In this document: piece by piece, positions 38,372 to 49,039 of the stretch
Numbering within the stretch: position 1 is the stretch's first letter
Layout: each line of letters opens with the position of its first letter
Assembly (NCBI GenBank): GCA_963705705.1
Contig: CAVPKK010000003.1
Location: forward strand, 1 to 64,000
Origin: an uncultured bacterium
GTDB lineage: Bacteria; Babelota; Babeliae; Babelales; JABCYS01
DNA length: 64,000 nucleotides
Direction: 5' to 3'
Made by a program: the position numbers and the translations under genes
The notes under the pieces: generated by a model
The model's input: the letters and a program-made list of their open reading frames with translations, nothing else
Told to the model about the DNA's origin: nothing
The model's database searches: none

Positions 38372-40333
38372 ATGTCATTATTTAAACTGCATAATCCATT
38401 TCCGCCGGCTGGTTCCCAGCCCGAGGCCATAAAGAAATTGGCATCGGGTCGGCCAGGCATTTCTACGCTTATGGGGGTAACCGGTTCAGGTAAAACCTTC
38501 ACCATCGCAAATGTCATTGCCCAGCAAAATAAGCCGGTTTTAGTATTGGCGCCAAATAAGACATTGGCTGCTCAATTATATGAAGAGTTTTCATTATTTT
38601 TCCCGGAAAATAAGGTCTGCTATTTCGTTAGTTACTATGACCATTACCAGCCAGAGTCATACCTCCCCGCCCAGGACATTTATATTCCTAAAGAGACTAA
38701 GATTAATAGTGAAATCGAACGGCTACGGGTTGAGGCAACCGCTTCATTGATTAATCGGCCAGATACGATTGTAGTGACATCAGTTTCTTGTATTTACTCA
38801 CTTGGTAATCCAGCAGATTATCGAGAGCTCGCCTTTTCATTACAAGTTGGTCAAAAGATTTCGCGCGATGAACTCATTCATAAACTAATTTTCATTCAAT
38901 ACGAACGGAATCAGTTTGATCGATCATCGGGCACATTCCAGGTGATGGGTAATACTATTGAAGTGCAGTTACCATACCAAAAGGAAAAGCTGCGCATTGA
39001 ATTATTTGGCGATAATGTTGAGGCATTGCAATGGGTCGGCCGTGAAAATAACAATGTGGTAATGGAATTGGATAACGCTCTTATATTTCCAGCAAAGCAT
39101 TTTGTAACAACGCGCGAAAAAACAGAATCAGCAATTAGAAGTATTGAGACTGAATTAGATACTGTATTGCCGACTATACAAAATCCATTGTATCGCGAAC
39201 GTTTGAAGCAACGAGTAAGCCATGATCTCGAAATGCTTGCAGAAGTTGGTTATTGTTCAGGTATCGAAAATTACTCAGCGCACTTTGATGGTCGGAGTGC
39301 TGGGCAAGCTCCGTCTTGCTTATTTGATTTCTTTCCTGAAGAATTTTTGATGGTTATTGATGAATCGCATATTGCCGTACCACAACTAAAAGGTATGTAC
39401 GCAGGCGATAAATCGCGAAAGCAGGCATTGGTGGAATTTGGATTCCGGTTGCCATCTGCCTATGATAATCGACCATTGAAGTTTGAAGAAATTGAGCGCT
39501 ATTTCAATGATACAATTTTTGTATCTGCAACGCCGAGTGTTTATGAGTTGCAAAAGTCGGAACGGGTGGTTGAGCAGATTATTCGTCCAACTGGATTAGT
39601 TGATCCGATATTGGAAATGCATCCACGCGAGAATCAACTGAGTCATTTGATTGAACAAGTAAAAAATACAACCGAAAAGGGCTTCCGTTCATTAGTTACG
39701 GTGCTTACTAAAAAAATGGCTGAAGAGTTGGCGCGCTATTTAGAAGAACGACAGATCAAAGTCTGTTATTTGCATAGCGATTTAAAAACACCTAAGCGAA
39801 CCGAACTATTGCAAAAATTGCGCCTAGGGATATTCGACTGTTTGGTTGGTGTGAATTTATTACGAGAAGGTTTGGATTTACCCGAAGTGGCCTTAGTGGC
39901 CATCATGGATGCCGATGTTGAAAGCTATTTGCGTGATCAACGATCGCTCATTCAAATTATTGGACGAGCAGCACGAAATACTGAATCGCGCGTGGTCATG
40001 TATTGTGACAAAATTACCCAATCGATGCAAAAAGCTATTGATGAAACAGTTCGTCGTCGTGAATTGCAACTTGCTCATAACACAAAGCATGGCGTTACAC
40101 CGCTCAGCGTAAAACGTGAAGTGACCAAGAGCATTAGCAAATTACAGGAAGCCATTGCCCAGGCATCAGAGCGTAAGCGTAAAAAGAAGCCCGCTGCTGG
40201 TGTAGATGATGTTGTTGCTCGCATTGCAACAATTGAAAAAGAAATGCTTGAAGCGGCTGATAACTTTGAATTTGAGAAAGCAATCGCATTGCGTGAAGAA
40301 TGGTTTGCTTTGCAAAAACAGAAACAGCAATAA
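38372..40333 (+). CDS. uvrB: Excinuclease ABC subunit B
   Basis: GVTGSGKTFT, PNKTLAAQL, YFVSYYD.YQPE, IDESH, NLLREGLD.PEV, C-terminal UVR domain; ATG at 38372. Confidence 0.98.
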   Translation: MSLFKLHNPFPPAGSQPEAIKKLASGRPGISTLMGVTGSGKTFTIANVIAQQNKPVLVLAPNKTLAAQLYEEFSLFFPENKVCYFVSYYDHYQPESYLPAQDIYIPKETKINSEIERLRVEATASLINRPDTIVVTSVSCIYSLGNPADYRELAFSLQVGQKISRDELIHKLIFIQYERNQFDRSSGTFQVMGNTIEVQLPYQKEKLRIELFGDNVEALQWVGRENNNVVMELDNALIFPAKHFVTTREKTESAIRSIETELDTVLPTIQNPLYRERLKQRVSHDLEMLAEVGYCSGIENYSAHFDGRSAGQAPSCLFDFFPEEFLMVIDESHIAVPQLKGMYAGDKSRKQALVEFGFRLPSAYDNRPLKFEEIERYFNDTIFVSATPSVYELQKSERVVEQIIRPTGLVDPILEMHPRENQLSHLIEQVKNTTEKGFRSLVTVLTKKMAEELARYLEERQIKVCYLHSDLKTPKRTELLQKLRLGIFDCLVGVNLLREGLDLPEVALVAIMDADVESYLRDQRSLIQIIGRAARNTESRVVMYCDKITQSMQKAIDETVRRRELQLAHNTKHGVTPLSVKREVTKSISKLQEAIAQASERKRKKKPAAGVDDVVARIATIEKEMLEAADNFEFEKAIALREEWFALQKQKQQ

Positions 40334-40344
40334 TCACATCTATT

Positions 40345-40373
40345 TTGTCTCCTTTTCAATTTCACGGTATGCT
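40345..40373 (+). promoter_or_regulatory. Putative sigma70 promoter TTGTCT-N17-TATGCT for the M3 peptidase gene
   Basis: Near-consensus hexamers at 17-nt spacing, about 100 nt upstream of the ATG. Confidence 0.45.
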
Positions 40374-40475
40374 TTTGTCAGAACCACTTAAAATTAGCGA
40401 AGCGAGTCGGGGAGTCTATTTCCCAGCGAGCGCAGCGACATTTAGGCGGCTTTAGCCGCTCAAAAAGGAGAGCCC

Positions 40476-42602
40476 ATGCATTTAGCAATTTCACTCCTAT
40501 TCATCGCCACGCTAGCAAATTGCGCTGCGCCGAATACCAAAAAATCAGAGACCGTAAAGAAAGGTGAAGGAATGACCATTCGATCTGTTCAAGATGTCAT
40601 CGCTATTTTTCCCAAAACGATTCAAGAAATAGAAGAACGAAAAAAACAAACCCAAGAGCAGACACTTGAAGTGTTACGAGCAATTATTACTTTAGCGCCT
40701 GAAGCACGTACTTTTGAAAATACTGCACGCGCGTTAGATCATGCCATGTCCCATTTTAATGCTGAAGCAAATGCTATTGGTATGTTGGAACATGTAAGCC
40801 CTGATGAGCAGCTGCGCGCTGCATCACATAAAGCTACCGAAGCATTAGCGCATTTTGCTATTGACGCATTTAGCAGTTCGGTTGAACTTTACCATGCATT
40901 CAAGGCCTATGTTGAGGGCAATGCCAAGCAAGAACAGTTAAATCATGAAGAGCGTTATTTCCTTGAAGAAATTATGCTTGAGTTTAAACGAAGTGGGCTT
41001 GATTTGCCGTCAAATAAACTTGAGAAAGTAAAAAAGATAACAAAAGAAATTGCGGCATTGAGCCTCCTATTCAATAAAAATATAGCTGAAGGTCAACGAG
41101 AGATTATAGTAACCCAAGCCGAACTTGGTGGGCTCGATGAAGATTTTATCAATAGTCTCAAGAAGACAGAGGCTGGTGGTTATATTCTTGGCACCGATTA
41201 TCCAACATTTACGGCGGTGATGGAAAATTGCTCCAATGAAGGTACGCGTCGCAAACTATACCTTGCCTTTGGTCAGCGTGCATATCCAGATAACGTTACA
41301 GTGCTTAATGATCTTATTGCTAAGCGTGATGAGTTGGCAAAGCTCGTAGGTTATCCAAGCTATGCTGCATATGACATTGCTAATCAAATGGCTCATACAG
41401 TAGAAACAGTTAGCACATTTCTAGATGGTGTCGCAAGCAAAGCACGCATTAAAGATGAGCAAGAGTTTCGTGAGTTTACCAAGCAACTACCAGAAAGCGT
41501 CGTGTTAACAGATGACGGTTTGCTTAAGCCATGGGACCGTGCTTATCTAATCGCCCAATACAAAAAGCATCATTACAATTTAGATGAACGCCAGCTGGCT
41601 GAATATTTCCCTGCCGAGCACACCATTCAAGGACTCATGCATATTTATGAGCAGTTTATGAGCCTTAAGATGGAAGAAGTACCAATGACTGGTCTTTGGC
41701 ACGAGGATGTTAAGCTGCTCGCTATTTATGATAATAAAAAGGCACTTCTTGGCTACCTTGTTTTAGATCTTTATCCGCGCCCATGTAAATATAGCCATGC
41801 GGCATCATTCGGGATTATGCCTACCACTAAATGTCGTACCAAGGCAACGGAAATTGTTGAAACCATTTATGAGGGTGATCATCATCCGAGCGTTGCCTTA
41901 GATGTGGTAGTCTGCAATTTTCCCAAGGGCTCAAAGACAAGGCCTGCATTGCTTAAGCATCGCGATGTTGAGACTTTCTTCCATGAATTTGGCCACGCTA
42001 TTCATACTATCTTGGGTACAACTGAACTTTCATACTTCTCGGGCACACGTACAAAAACCGATTTTGTGGAGTTGCCTTCACAAATGCTTGAGGAATGGAT
42101 GTGGGATAAAAACATTCTTAAAATGATTAGCCGCAATTATAAAACAGGCGAGAAGCTGCCAGATGATTTGATCGAGAATAAGATTGCGCTTAAAAATCTT
42201 GATATGGGCGCCCAGCTTATGCGGCAACTGTATTTTGGCGAACTTTCTCTTGATTTATATGGCGAAGGCGCTCGCAAGGATATTCCTGCATTAAACAAAC
42301 GTTTATATGCTCAATACCGCCCCAACATGCTTTTTGAACCGAACTACTATGAATACACTGCGTTTGGTCATTTAAGTGAATATGGCGCAAAATATTATTC
42401 ATATCTATGGTCCAAGGTGTTTGCCTTAGATTTATTTGCAGACATTAAAAAGCACGGCTTATTGAACCCTGCTATTGGCACTAAATATGTTGATGAGATA
42501 TTAGCCAAAGGCGGCAGTGTTGATCCAAATCAATTACTTAGAAACTTCTTGGGCAGGCCGCCTAATGACAAAGCTTTCTTCCATGAGTTGGGTCTTAATT
42601 AA
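40476..42602 (+). CDS. M3A family metallopeptidase (thimet oligopeptidase-like), exported or lipoprotein
   Basis: FHEFGHAIH, DFVELPSQMLEEW, FGHL..YGAKYYSYLWS; N-terminal hydrophobic stretch ending LANC. Confidence 0.93.
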   Translation: MHLAISLLFIATLANCAAPNTKKSETVKKGEGMTIRSVQDVIAIFPKTIQEIEERKKQTQEQTLEVLRAIITLAPEARTFENTARALDHAMSHFNAEANAIGMLEHVSPDEQLRAASHKATEALAHFAIDAFSSSVELYHAFKAYVEGNAKQEQLNHEERYFLEEIMLEFKRSGLDLPSNKLEKVKKITKEIAALSLLFNKNIAEGQREIIVTQAELGGLDEDFINSLKKTEAGGYILGTDYPTFTAVMENCSNEGTRRKLYLAFGQRAYPDNVTVLNDLIAKRDELAKLVGYPSYAAYDIANQMAHTVETVSTFLDGVASKARIKDEQEFREFTKQLPESVVLTDDGLLKPWDRAYLIAQYKKHHYNLDERQLAEYFPAEHTIQGLMHIYEQFMSLKMEEVPMTGLWHEDVKLLAIYDNKKALLGYLVLDLYPRPCKYSHAASFGIMPTTKCRTKATEIVETIYEGDHHPSVALDVVVCNFPKGSKTRPALLKHRDVETFFHEFGHAIHTILGTTELSYFSGTRTKTDFVELPSQMLEEWMWDKNILKMISRNYKTGEKLPDDLIENKIALKNLDMGAQLMRQLYFGELSLDLYGEGARKDIPALNKRLYAQYRPNMLFEPNYYEYTAFGHLSEYGAKYYSYLWSKVFALDLFADIKKHGLLNPAIGTKYVDEILAKGGSVDPNQLLRNFLGRPPNDKAFFHELGLN

Positions 42603-43267
42603 AGCTCTTCGTTGCCGACTTCCTCAATACTTGGCACGACAACTTCAGTAGAATTTCCAAGCGGAGCCGAAGAATGTTCAATATCTTGTTCTTCAGGCTG
42701 TTCAGCTTGATGACGAAGTTGTTTTAGTTCATTTTCCAACAACGTTTGCTTCGTCTCGAGTGCTTGAACTTTGCTTTCAAGATCAGCAACTTTATCCATG
42801 AACTCTGTTGGTATTCCAGCGGGCATTTCTTTTTTCTCTTCGGCTATCGCTTGCGCTACTTCCACTGGCATTACCGGTTCAATAGCTGAAGGAGCTGAAA
42901 GGATTTCTTCTGCCTTTTTCGGGTTCATTGTGGGTTCGGCCAACTGTGTTGGTTCGGTTGCCGTAGGAGCTTTAGCGATTGGGGTCTGGGCAGATTGAGG
43001 TGCCGGTTCTACCGCTTCAATATGATCAGGCGGTGTTGGCATTTGTGGCACTGCAATAGGTGCAGTGGCCTTTGCCTTATTATTCTTTTTATTTGGTTGC
43101 GCGGATAGTGACGTGCTTATGCATAAAAGTCCTATAAGACTGAAGATACACGTAATGGCAAGCAATAAACTTGATTGCTTGGTAGTTTCAGGTGCAATTG
43201 CACTGTAATCGTTGAGCCATTTTTCTTTCATGTGAAAACTCTCCTGAGAAATTAAATAATATTCCAA
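42599..43267 (-). CDS. Hypothetical exported Pro/Ala/Glu-rich protein with a coiled coil
   Basis: N-terminal hydrophobic segment; LESKVQALETKQTLLENELKQL heptads; start uncertain. Confidence 0.6.
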   Translation of the reverse strand: MEYYLISQESFHMKEKWLNDYSAIAPETTKQSSLLLAITCIFSLIGLLCISTSLSAQPNKKNNKAKATAPIAVPQMPTPPDHIEAVEPAPQSAQTPIAKAPTATEPTQLAEPTMNPKKAEEILSAPSAIEPVMPVEVAQAIAEEKKEMPAGIPTEFMDKVADLESKVQALETKQTLLENELKQLRHQAEQPEEQDIEHSSAPLGNSTEVVVPSIEEVGNEEL

Positions 43268-43328
43268 AGTATAACCATATTAATTTTGATAATTCAAATT
43301 AATGAAGGGTTCGTTTCCTTTACCCCGT

Positions 43329-45011
43329 TTACTTCCCTATTCCTGGTAATAAATTAAACGTTGAAGCAGATGGCCGCGGTACATCCAATAAATAGGCGAG
43401 TGTTGGGGCAAGTTGTTGCGCATACACTCGTTTAGTTATCTGCTGTGCTTTTAAATCACTCCGATATATAACCAATGGAATATGCGTATCATAATCATAC
43501 GGCGTCGTATGGGCGACTCCCGTTTTTTCATAGGCAATTAAGGTGAACGGGCGCACCTGCATAATAATTTCACCACTGCGACCAGGAACCAATTGATTCT
43601 GGAAATATGCTTCAAGATCATTCAATTTGAGCTCATAATTTGCTTGTGCCAATTCATCAAATGTCCAAGCACGCAAAATACCGGGAATGCCGGTTACGAT
43701 TTTTTTTGCTTCTTTCAATAGGTTCTTCTGCTTTTCAGTTGGCAGTGAATCAAAAATGGTATGATTTACGTAGAGTTGGTTGCCCAAGCAGGCTTCTATG
43801 ACATTTCCTACATCTAATTTCTTTTTAATATGATTATTAACCGAGTTAACTAATTCGGTGGCGGAAATACGGCGGGCGGCGGTATAACCTTCTTCTTTAA
43901 CAATTTCTGGCAGCGGCATGATGCCATGGTCTGCGCTTAGAACTAACGTTATATTTTGCGCACCATATCGTTTAGTGGCATGGTCAATAAGATCCTGTAT
44001 CGATTTATCCGTATGATAAATCATATCAATAGTTTCTAAACTATCTGGTCCATAGGGGTGTCCAATTTTATCCAGGCCACTATATGAAACCCATAGCAGT
44101 AAATTCTCCGGCTTTTTATAATCGGCATAGGTATCAATGCAATTTTTTGCCAATTCGGTGAGCAGTTTATTACCATAGGGCATTGCAGAAAGCGTGTAAT
44201 ACGTGCCGTGTTCGTCAAGGCCTTCTTCATTATATGCGTCAAGTTCTATGGTGGTGCCCGCAATTCGTCCGGTATGTTCTTTTAATCCCCATGAACCTGC
44301 AAAGTTATAGTTATTAATATTATTGAACTGATAGGCCGGATTTTTAAGCTGATAAGCCAAATCCCATTTTACTGTTTTTAGTTCATCAACTTTGTGCTTG
44401 CGATTAAAGGTCATTACCCAACTGGGTAAGTTAGGCATAAATGCCTTGCTGCTGGTAAACCAGCCCGTTTCCATATCAAGCCAGAAGGGTAGGCCTGCAT
44501 GGCCCGCCATGGCAATTGCTGCGCGACTTTTAAGAGAAAGGGCGATCGCCTCAAATCGTTCTTGTGGGCTGGAGCGCAGCATCACTTGATCGGATAAGGT
44601 ATCAACCCGCATGTTTTTTGCCGATTTCCCTTGCTTATGAAGACCATCTTTGGCAAAAACTGCTGTTGTTTCAACATCTTGGTCGTAATCAGATGCTATC
44701 ATTTTGCCTTTATCATTAATCCATTGATTACCCACTAGGCCATGGTCTTTGGCGAGTGTTCCCGTAGCAAAAGCAGCATGGCCGACAGCCGTTTGTGGAT
44801 AGCCATGCGGCATATAGCATTGTTCGTACACCAGACCATTTTTGAGCATAAAGCCGATACCGCCGGTCAAATATTTTTTGAGTTTTTGCAGTTCATGATA
44901 GGCAAATTGGTCTACGACCATGACTAAGGTCAGCTTTGGTTTTTTAGCAAATAGTGGCGTGATGGCAAATACGCTTAATAGTATTAGTCGTCGGAACTTC
45001 ATACATTGCAC
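43329..45011 (-). CDS. Alkaline phosphatase superfamily protein (PafA-like)
   Basis: KPKLTLVMVVDQ, TAVGHA, SLKSRAAI, D.IGH.YGP.S.E, LSADHG, H.TPY.YDTHIPL; signal peptide. Confidence 0.9.
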   Translation of the reverse strand: MQCMKFRRLILLSVFAITPLFAKKPKLTLVMVVDQFAYHELQKLKKYLTGGIGFMLKNGLVYEQCYMPHGYPQTAVGHAAFATGTLAKDHGLVGNQWINDKGKMIASDYDQDVETTAVFAKDGLHKQGKSAKNMRVDTLSDQVMLRSSPQERFEAIALSLKSRAAIAMAGHAGLPFWLDMETGWFTSSKAFMPNLPSWVMTFNRKHKVDELKTVKWDLAYQLKNPAYQFNNINNYNFAGSWGLKEHTGRIAGTTIELDAYNEEGLDEHGTYYTLSAMPYGNKLLTELAKNCIDTYADYKKPENLLLWVSYSGLDKIGHPYGPDSLETIDMIYHTDKSIQDLIDHATKRYGAQNITLVLSADHGIMPLPEIVKEEGYTAARRISATELVNSVNNHIKKKLDVGNVIEACLGNQLYVNHTIFDSLPTEKQKNLLKEAKKIVTGIPGILRAWTFDELAQANYELKLNDLEAYFQNQLVPGRSGEIIMQVRPFTLIAYEKTGVAHTTPYDYDTHIPLVIYRSDLKAQQITKRVYAQQLAPTLAYLLDVPRPSASTFNLLPGIGK

Positions 45012-45156
45012 CTCTGTTGTCTATAGGTCCTCTTTATAACGGTACCATACGAGCGAACCAGAAGTGAATATGCAGGCCTCAAATAGTATAAAAACGCTAG
45101 TGCTTAAGGGCTTAAGGTCCGATGAGCGAGGAATCTTATCTCAAGCCAACTATAAA

Positions 45157-47643
45157 TTAGAATGCTTGGTTCATCGTTAAATGAACTTCGCTGGCCGTTT
45201 CACCAATTTTCTTATTGCGATCAAGCTTGAAGCCCCAATCAACTTGGATTGGAATCGGTGAAAGGATGCGAATGCCTACGCCAACGGCGTGGCGATAGTT
45301 AAAGTGATTGTTGCGCAGATTTCGTGAATTTTCGGGAATTGGAACAGGCGTATGCCAGCCTGCACCGCCATCATAGAATGCTGCAGCCTTCATAGAGAAA
45401 TCTTGTTTTATTGGGAAAATAAGTTCGACGTTAAGCCAGAAGGCATTCGATGCACCAATACTATCGGTACGCCAATTTGGCCCAATCTGACCGAAGGTGA
45501 ATCCTCGGACCGTTGCCGGACCGCCGATATGATAGATTTCGCGGTATGGAATAGTATGTCGCCCGAAATTCTGGACGGTGCCAACGTGGCCATGCAAGCT
45601 CAATATAAGATCATTCTCGCCAATAAGTGAAGTGAACCAAGCAGCATCGGCATCAAATTTTATAAAGCCATAATTTGGATTGTCTGTACGGATGGCATTT
45701 AAATTGCTTTCAGGGCTATGTATCGGTATGCCAATTTTAAGGTTTGCATACCATCGTTGACCGCGAGTCGGGTGAATTGGATGGTTGCGGCGATCTTGGT
45801 CGAGTGATAGTAAGGTCCAAGCATATGTACCTGGCTGGAAGAACCAGTTAATTATTCGCTGGAATTGGGCTTGGCCTTCTGCATCGCCAGGAACAAAGGC
45901 CATTGGTTGGTTTCGATAATGAATATTTTCTGCCCCAAGTTCAGCGGCCATATGGATGTCATATGGTGCCCACATCAATCCGACACCAGCTGAACCGCCG
46001 GCTCGGCGTTCGCGAACTTCTTGGGTAACAAAATGGAAATCCTCATATTGTACGGCAGTAGCATATAAGTTTGCGACGCCAGACATTGGTCGATTAAATA
46101 ACCATGGCGTAGCGAGAGAAAGAGATCCGCTTTGCTCCGCACGTGATAGGGCAAGATTTAGATTATAGCGAATGCCATAGCCGTGGAAGTTGCTATCTGC
46201 AAATCCAATATTTGCTTGCAAGGTATGCAGAGGATTTTGATAATCTTCAAAGGAACCATTGGTATTTACCTGTAGCGTAAATTGTCCAGTACGTACTTCT
46301 TTCAAAATGAGATCAAGATCGGCCAAGTCGTCGGCTATGCGATTGATTTTCCAATTAACCCCTTCACGCTTGTCAAAGAAGCCAAGAAATTCAACACGAT
46401 TCTTTGATTGTTCCATATTGCGCGAAGTAATCCAGTCTCCTTCATCAACCACCATCTGCCGGCGAACAATATAATCGCGTGTCTTTTTATTGCCCACAAT
46501 GTTGATGCGGCGTACGCGCACTTTACTACCTAATTCGGTATACAAAGAAACATTTACTGTTTTAGTTTCCTCGTTTGGTTGAATTGAAGGTTCGATGTCG
46601 GTGAATATATAACCACTTTCACCCCAGAAGGTACGAAGCGCTTCAATAGATCGTTGGATGAGAATAGAAGAAAAGAGCATCCCCTTTTTTATAGGTACGA
46701 TGCGCAATAATTGTTCTTCAGACATAAATTCATTGCCTGGAACCTTAATATCGCCAAAGTAATATACTTCGCCTTCGTCGATATGGTAGGTAATATTAAA
46801 ATTTGCGTTGGGATCGGTTTCTACAGTTACATCTACCACTTTTGCATTGAGATATCCGCTGTTTTTGTAAAACATTTCAATGGCGTGTCGGTCAGCCTCA
46901 AGCATTTCTGGATGGAACATGCCGCTTGAGTCTAAAAAGCTAAATAACCATTGTTCGCGGGAATATAGTAAGCTGCGTAACTGCTTGCTGTTGGCATGCT
47001 TATTGCCGGTAAAACGGATGCGACGGACTGAGGAATGCTTACCTTCGTCTACGGTAAAAGTAGCAACTGTTTGATCATCTTCGGTTTCTGTGCTCGGGGT
47101 GATAATTGTATGATGGTATCCCTTTTCGAGATACATCTTCTTAATAATTTGAGCGAATTTAGTGAGCTCTTCAGCATCTATGGCCTGAACTTTTGAAAAG
47201 TCGATCTTTTTACGAATTTCCTTTTCCGATAAATTATTGTTGCCTACAAAGCGAACCTCACGCAAACGTGACTTCTCAGTCACCGCAACATGTAGGTTCA
47301 TCTCATCATTTGGCAATTCTTCGGCTTGAAACTCGATATAACGGAAATAACCCATAGCATACAATTTGCGTAAGCTATTTCCTGATTCTCGCAGGCGAAA
47401 TGTTTCGCCTTTTTTCCAGGAGAGCCGGTGCAATATGGCATCGACCGAAACAGTTTTGTTACCTGAAATAATAATATCTTTAATACGCGGAGCATATGCA
47501 GGCGCCGACGATTCAGATACATCCTCACCCGATTCAGGCACGGAACTGTTCTGCGCTGGGCTTGGTTGTATATCATTGTGTTCTTGCCCAAGGAGGCTGC
47601 CGAACAGGGCTAATGATGCTAATACTAGTGGGAGAAATCTCAT
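45157..47643 (-). CDS. bamA: Outer membrane protein assembly factor BamA
   Basis: POTRA-like repeats (I.F.GN, Y...GY), GG..TVRGF, C-terminal Phe. Confidence 0.94.
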   Translation of the reverse strand: MRFLPLVLASLALFGSLLGQEHNDIQPSPAQNSSVPESGEDVSESSAPAYAPRIKDIIISGNKTVSVDAILHRLSWKKGETFRLRESGNSLRKLYAMGYFRYIEFQAEELPNDEMNLHVAVTEKSRLREVRFVGNNNLSEKEIRKKIDFSKVQAIDAEELTKFAQIIKKMYLEKGYHHTIITPSTETEDDQTVATFTVDEGKHSSVRRIRFTGNKHANSKQLRSLLYSREQWLFSFLDSSGMFHPEMLEADRHAIEMFYKNSGYLNAKVVDVTVETDPNANFNITYHIDEGEVYYFGDIKVPGNEFMSEEQLLRIVPIKKGMLFSSILIQRSIEALRTFWGESGYIFTDIEPSIQPNEETKTVNVSLYTELGSKVRVRRINIVGNKKTRDYIVRRQMVVDEGDWITSRNMEQSKNRVEFLGFFDKREGVNWKINRIADDLADLDLILKEVRTGQFTLQVNTNGSFEDYQNPLHTLQANIGFADSNFHGYGIRYNLNLALSRAEQSGSLSLATPWLFNRPMSGVANLYATAVQYEDFHFVTQEVRERRAGGSAGVGLMWAPYDIHMAAELGAENIHYRNQPMAFVPGDAEGQAQFQRIINWFFQPGTYAWTLLSLDQDRRNHPIHPTRGQRWYANLKIGIPIHSPESNLNAIRTDNPNYGFIKFDADAAWFTSLIGENDLILSLHGHVGTVQNFGRHTIPYREIYHIGGPATVRGFTFGQIGPNWRTDSIGASNAFWLNVELIFPIKQDFSMKAAAFYDGGAGWHTPVPIPENSRNLRNNHFNYRHAVGVGIRILSPIPIQVDWGFKLDRNKKIGETASEVHLTMNQAF

Positions 47644-47802
47644 CTACTTTAACTTCCTGAGATGGAGCAAATTTCATTTTGGAGCAGCAAGATTAACAGA
47701 TTGCGCTGTAATGCTCTACCGTGTTCGAGAAAGTTCGTAATCGAGCACGGATAATTTGCTCCAAGAGAAGCGGCGGCGGATCAGGAAAATATTTGGAATA
47801 AG

Positions 47803-48930
47803 TTAGGCACGAGCCTGCATTAATTGATATAAATCATTGAGCAATTTGCCTTGCCAGGTTGCAGATGAGAATTGGTCAAGCGTTTGCTGAACCAGCGACA
47901 GCACAGAAAGTCCTGATTCGTCAGGAGTGGTAGGATCACAATCGGTTTCGTTAAGTAGTTCCTGCACAATGGCCATACGTGTTTCTGCTTCAGCCTCGAG
48001 AAGCTGTTTCTTTTTTCCGCCTTTAAGTTTTGCAAATATTGAGCTAAAAAAGCCTGTGTTTGCGGTAGCCCGAATCTTTTCATCATCGTCAGAGCTATCT
48101 TTTGGGCTTTCAATTTTCTTTTTCTTCTTCTTCTTCTTAAGTTGCCACCAATGTTTTTTCTTAGCCTTTATTTCTTCAGCTGATGAACTTGCGCTTGAAG
48201 AATCACTTGGCGCAGAAGGTGAACTTAAAACAGGTGGTTTGGTATCACTTTTATCGCTATCGCTCTGAGAAATGCTCACATGTCTGCTATGGTCGCTATT
48301 GATACTTGGGGTCATCGCGCCGCTTCGATCTACATTTTGCGTTGGGCTTGGATTCGGACTTGAAATTGGACATTCCGAATCTGAATGGTGCGAGCGCACT
48401 GATACCGGGCCATGGCCTGGTTTATCTTCTTTTGGGAGTTTTGTTGGCGGAAGGTCTCCGTCAAGCCCATCCTCAGATTCCGTCGCCGACTTGTCGTCTT
48501 TTGACTGTTCTTTCTTGGACCATCGCCATCCTAAAAGTAAAACAGCTGCACCGCTTACGGTGCCGGCACCGACTTGCATATACCACCAGGTGTTTCCTGT
48601 TGCTGTTGCCATGCCCAAGGAATCGATTAATTGAGTTACCGCAAGCATTAATGCTTGGCGATTAGTAGACTTAAATACTTCATGATGAGCGGATGATTGT
48701 AAAATAAACTGAACTTCTTCTAAATCACCGCGTTTTATCGCTTCGGTAAGTGGATTTTGTAGCAAGGTAGATTCAAATTCAGTAGCTTGCGTGCGGCTGA
48801 CACTTTTAATAGCTGTGTTACAGACGTGTAAAATTTTCTCGCCAAACGAAGAAACATTGGTTGTTGAACACCCAATTTCCCCCGAACCTATAAAGGTTCC
48901 AACGAGAATTAGAAAATATACATTGCGCAT
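47803..48930 (-). CDS. Hypothetical exported protein: split ankyrin-like repeats, TM segment, Ser-rich region, poly-Lys
   Basis: NPLTEAIKRGDLEEVQFIL; MAIVQELLNETDCDPTTPDESGLSVL; KKKKKKKK. Confidence 0.7.
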   Translation of the reverse strand: MRNVYFLILVGTFIGSGEIGCSTTNVSSFGEKILHVCNTAIKSVSRTQATEFESTLLQNPLTEAIKRGDLEEVQFILQSSAHHEVFKSTNRQALMLAVTQLIDSLGMATATGNTWWYMQVGAGTVSGAAVLLLGWRWSKKEQSKDDKSATESEDGLDGDLPPTKLPKEDKPGHGPVSVRSHHSDSECPISSPNPSPTQNVDRSGAMTPSINSDHSRHVSISQSDSDKSDTKPPVLSSPSAPSDSSSASSSAEEIKAKKKHWWQLKKKKKKKKIESPKDSSDDDEKIRATANTGFFSSIFAKLKGGKKKQLLEAEAETRMAIVQELLNETDCDPTTPDESGLSVLSLVQQTLDQFSSATWQGKLLNDLYQLMQARA

Positions 48931-49039
48931 GATTATTCCTCATTACAAACACAATGTACTACAGGCAGTTGATGAATAGCTTTAGTTGTTCGTAAAAAGT
49001 GGCTTTTATAGTCTTTGAAAAAGGATTTTCTGATGCAAT

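Noticed and set aside
30178..47643. skp separated from bamA by about 14 kb
   Set aside because: Ordinary gene-order rearrangement with no mobile-element signature
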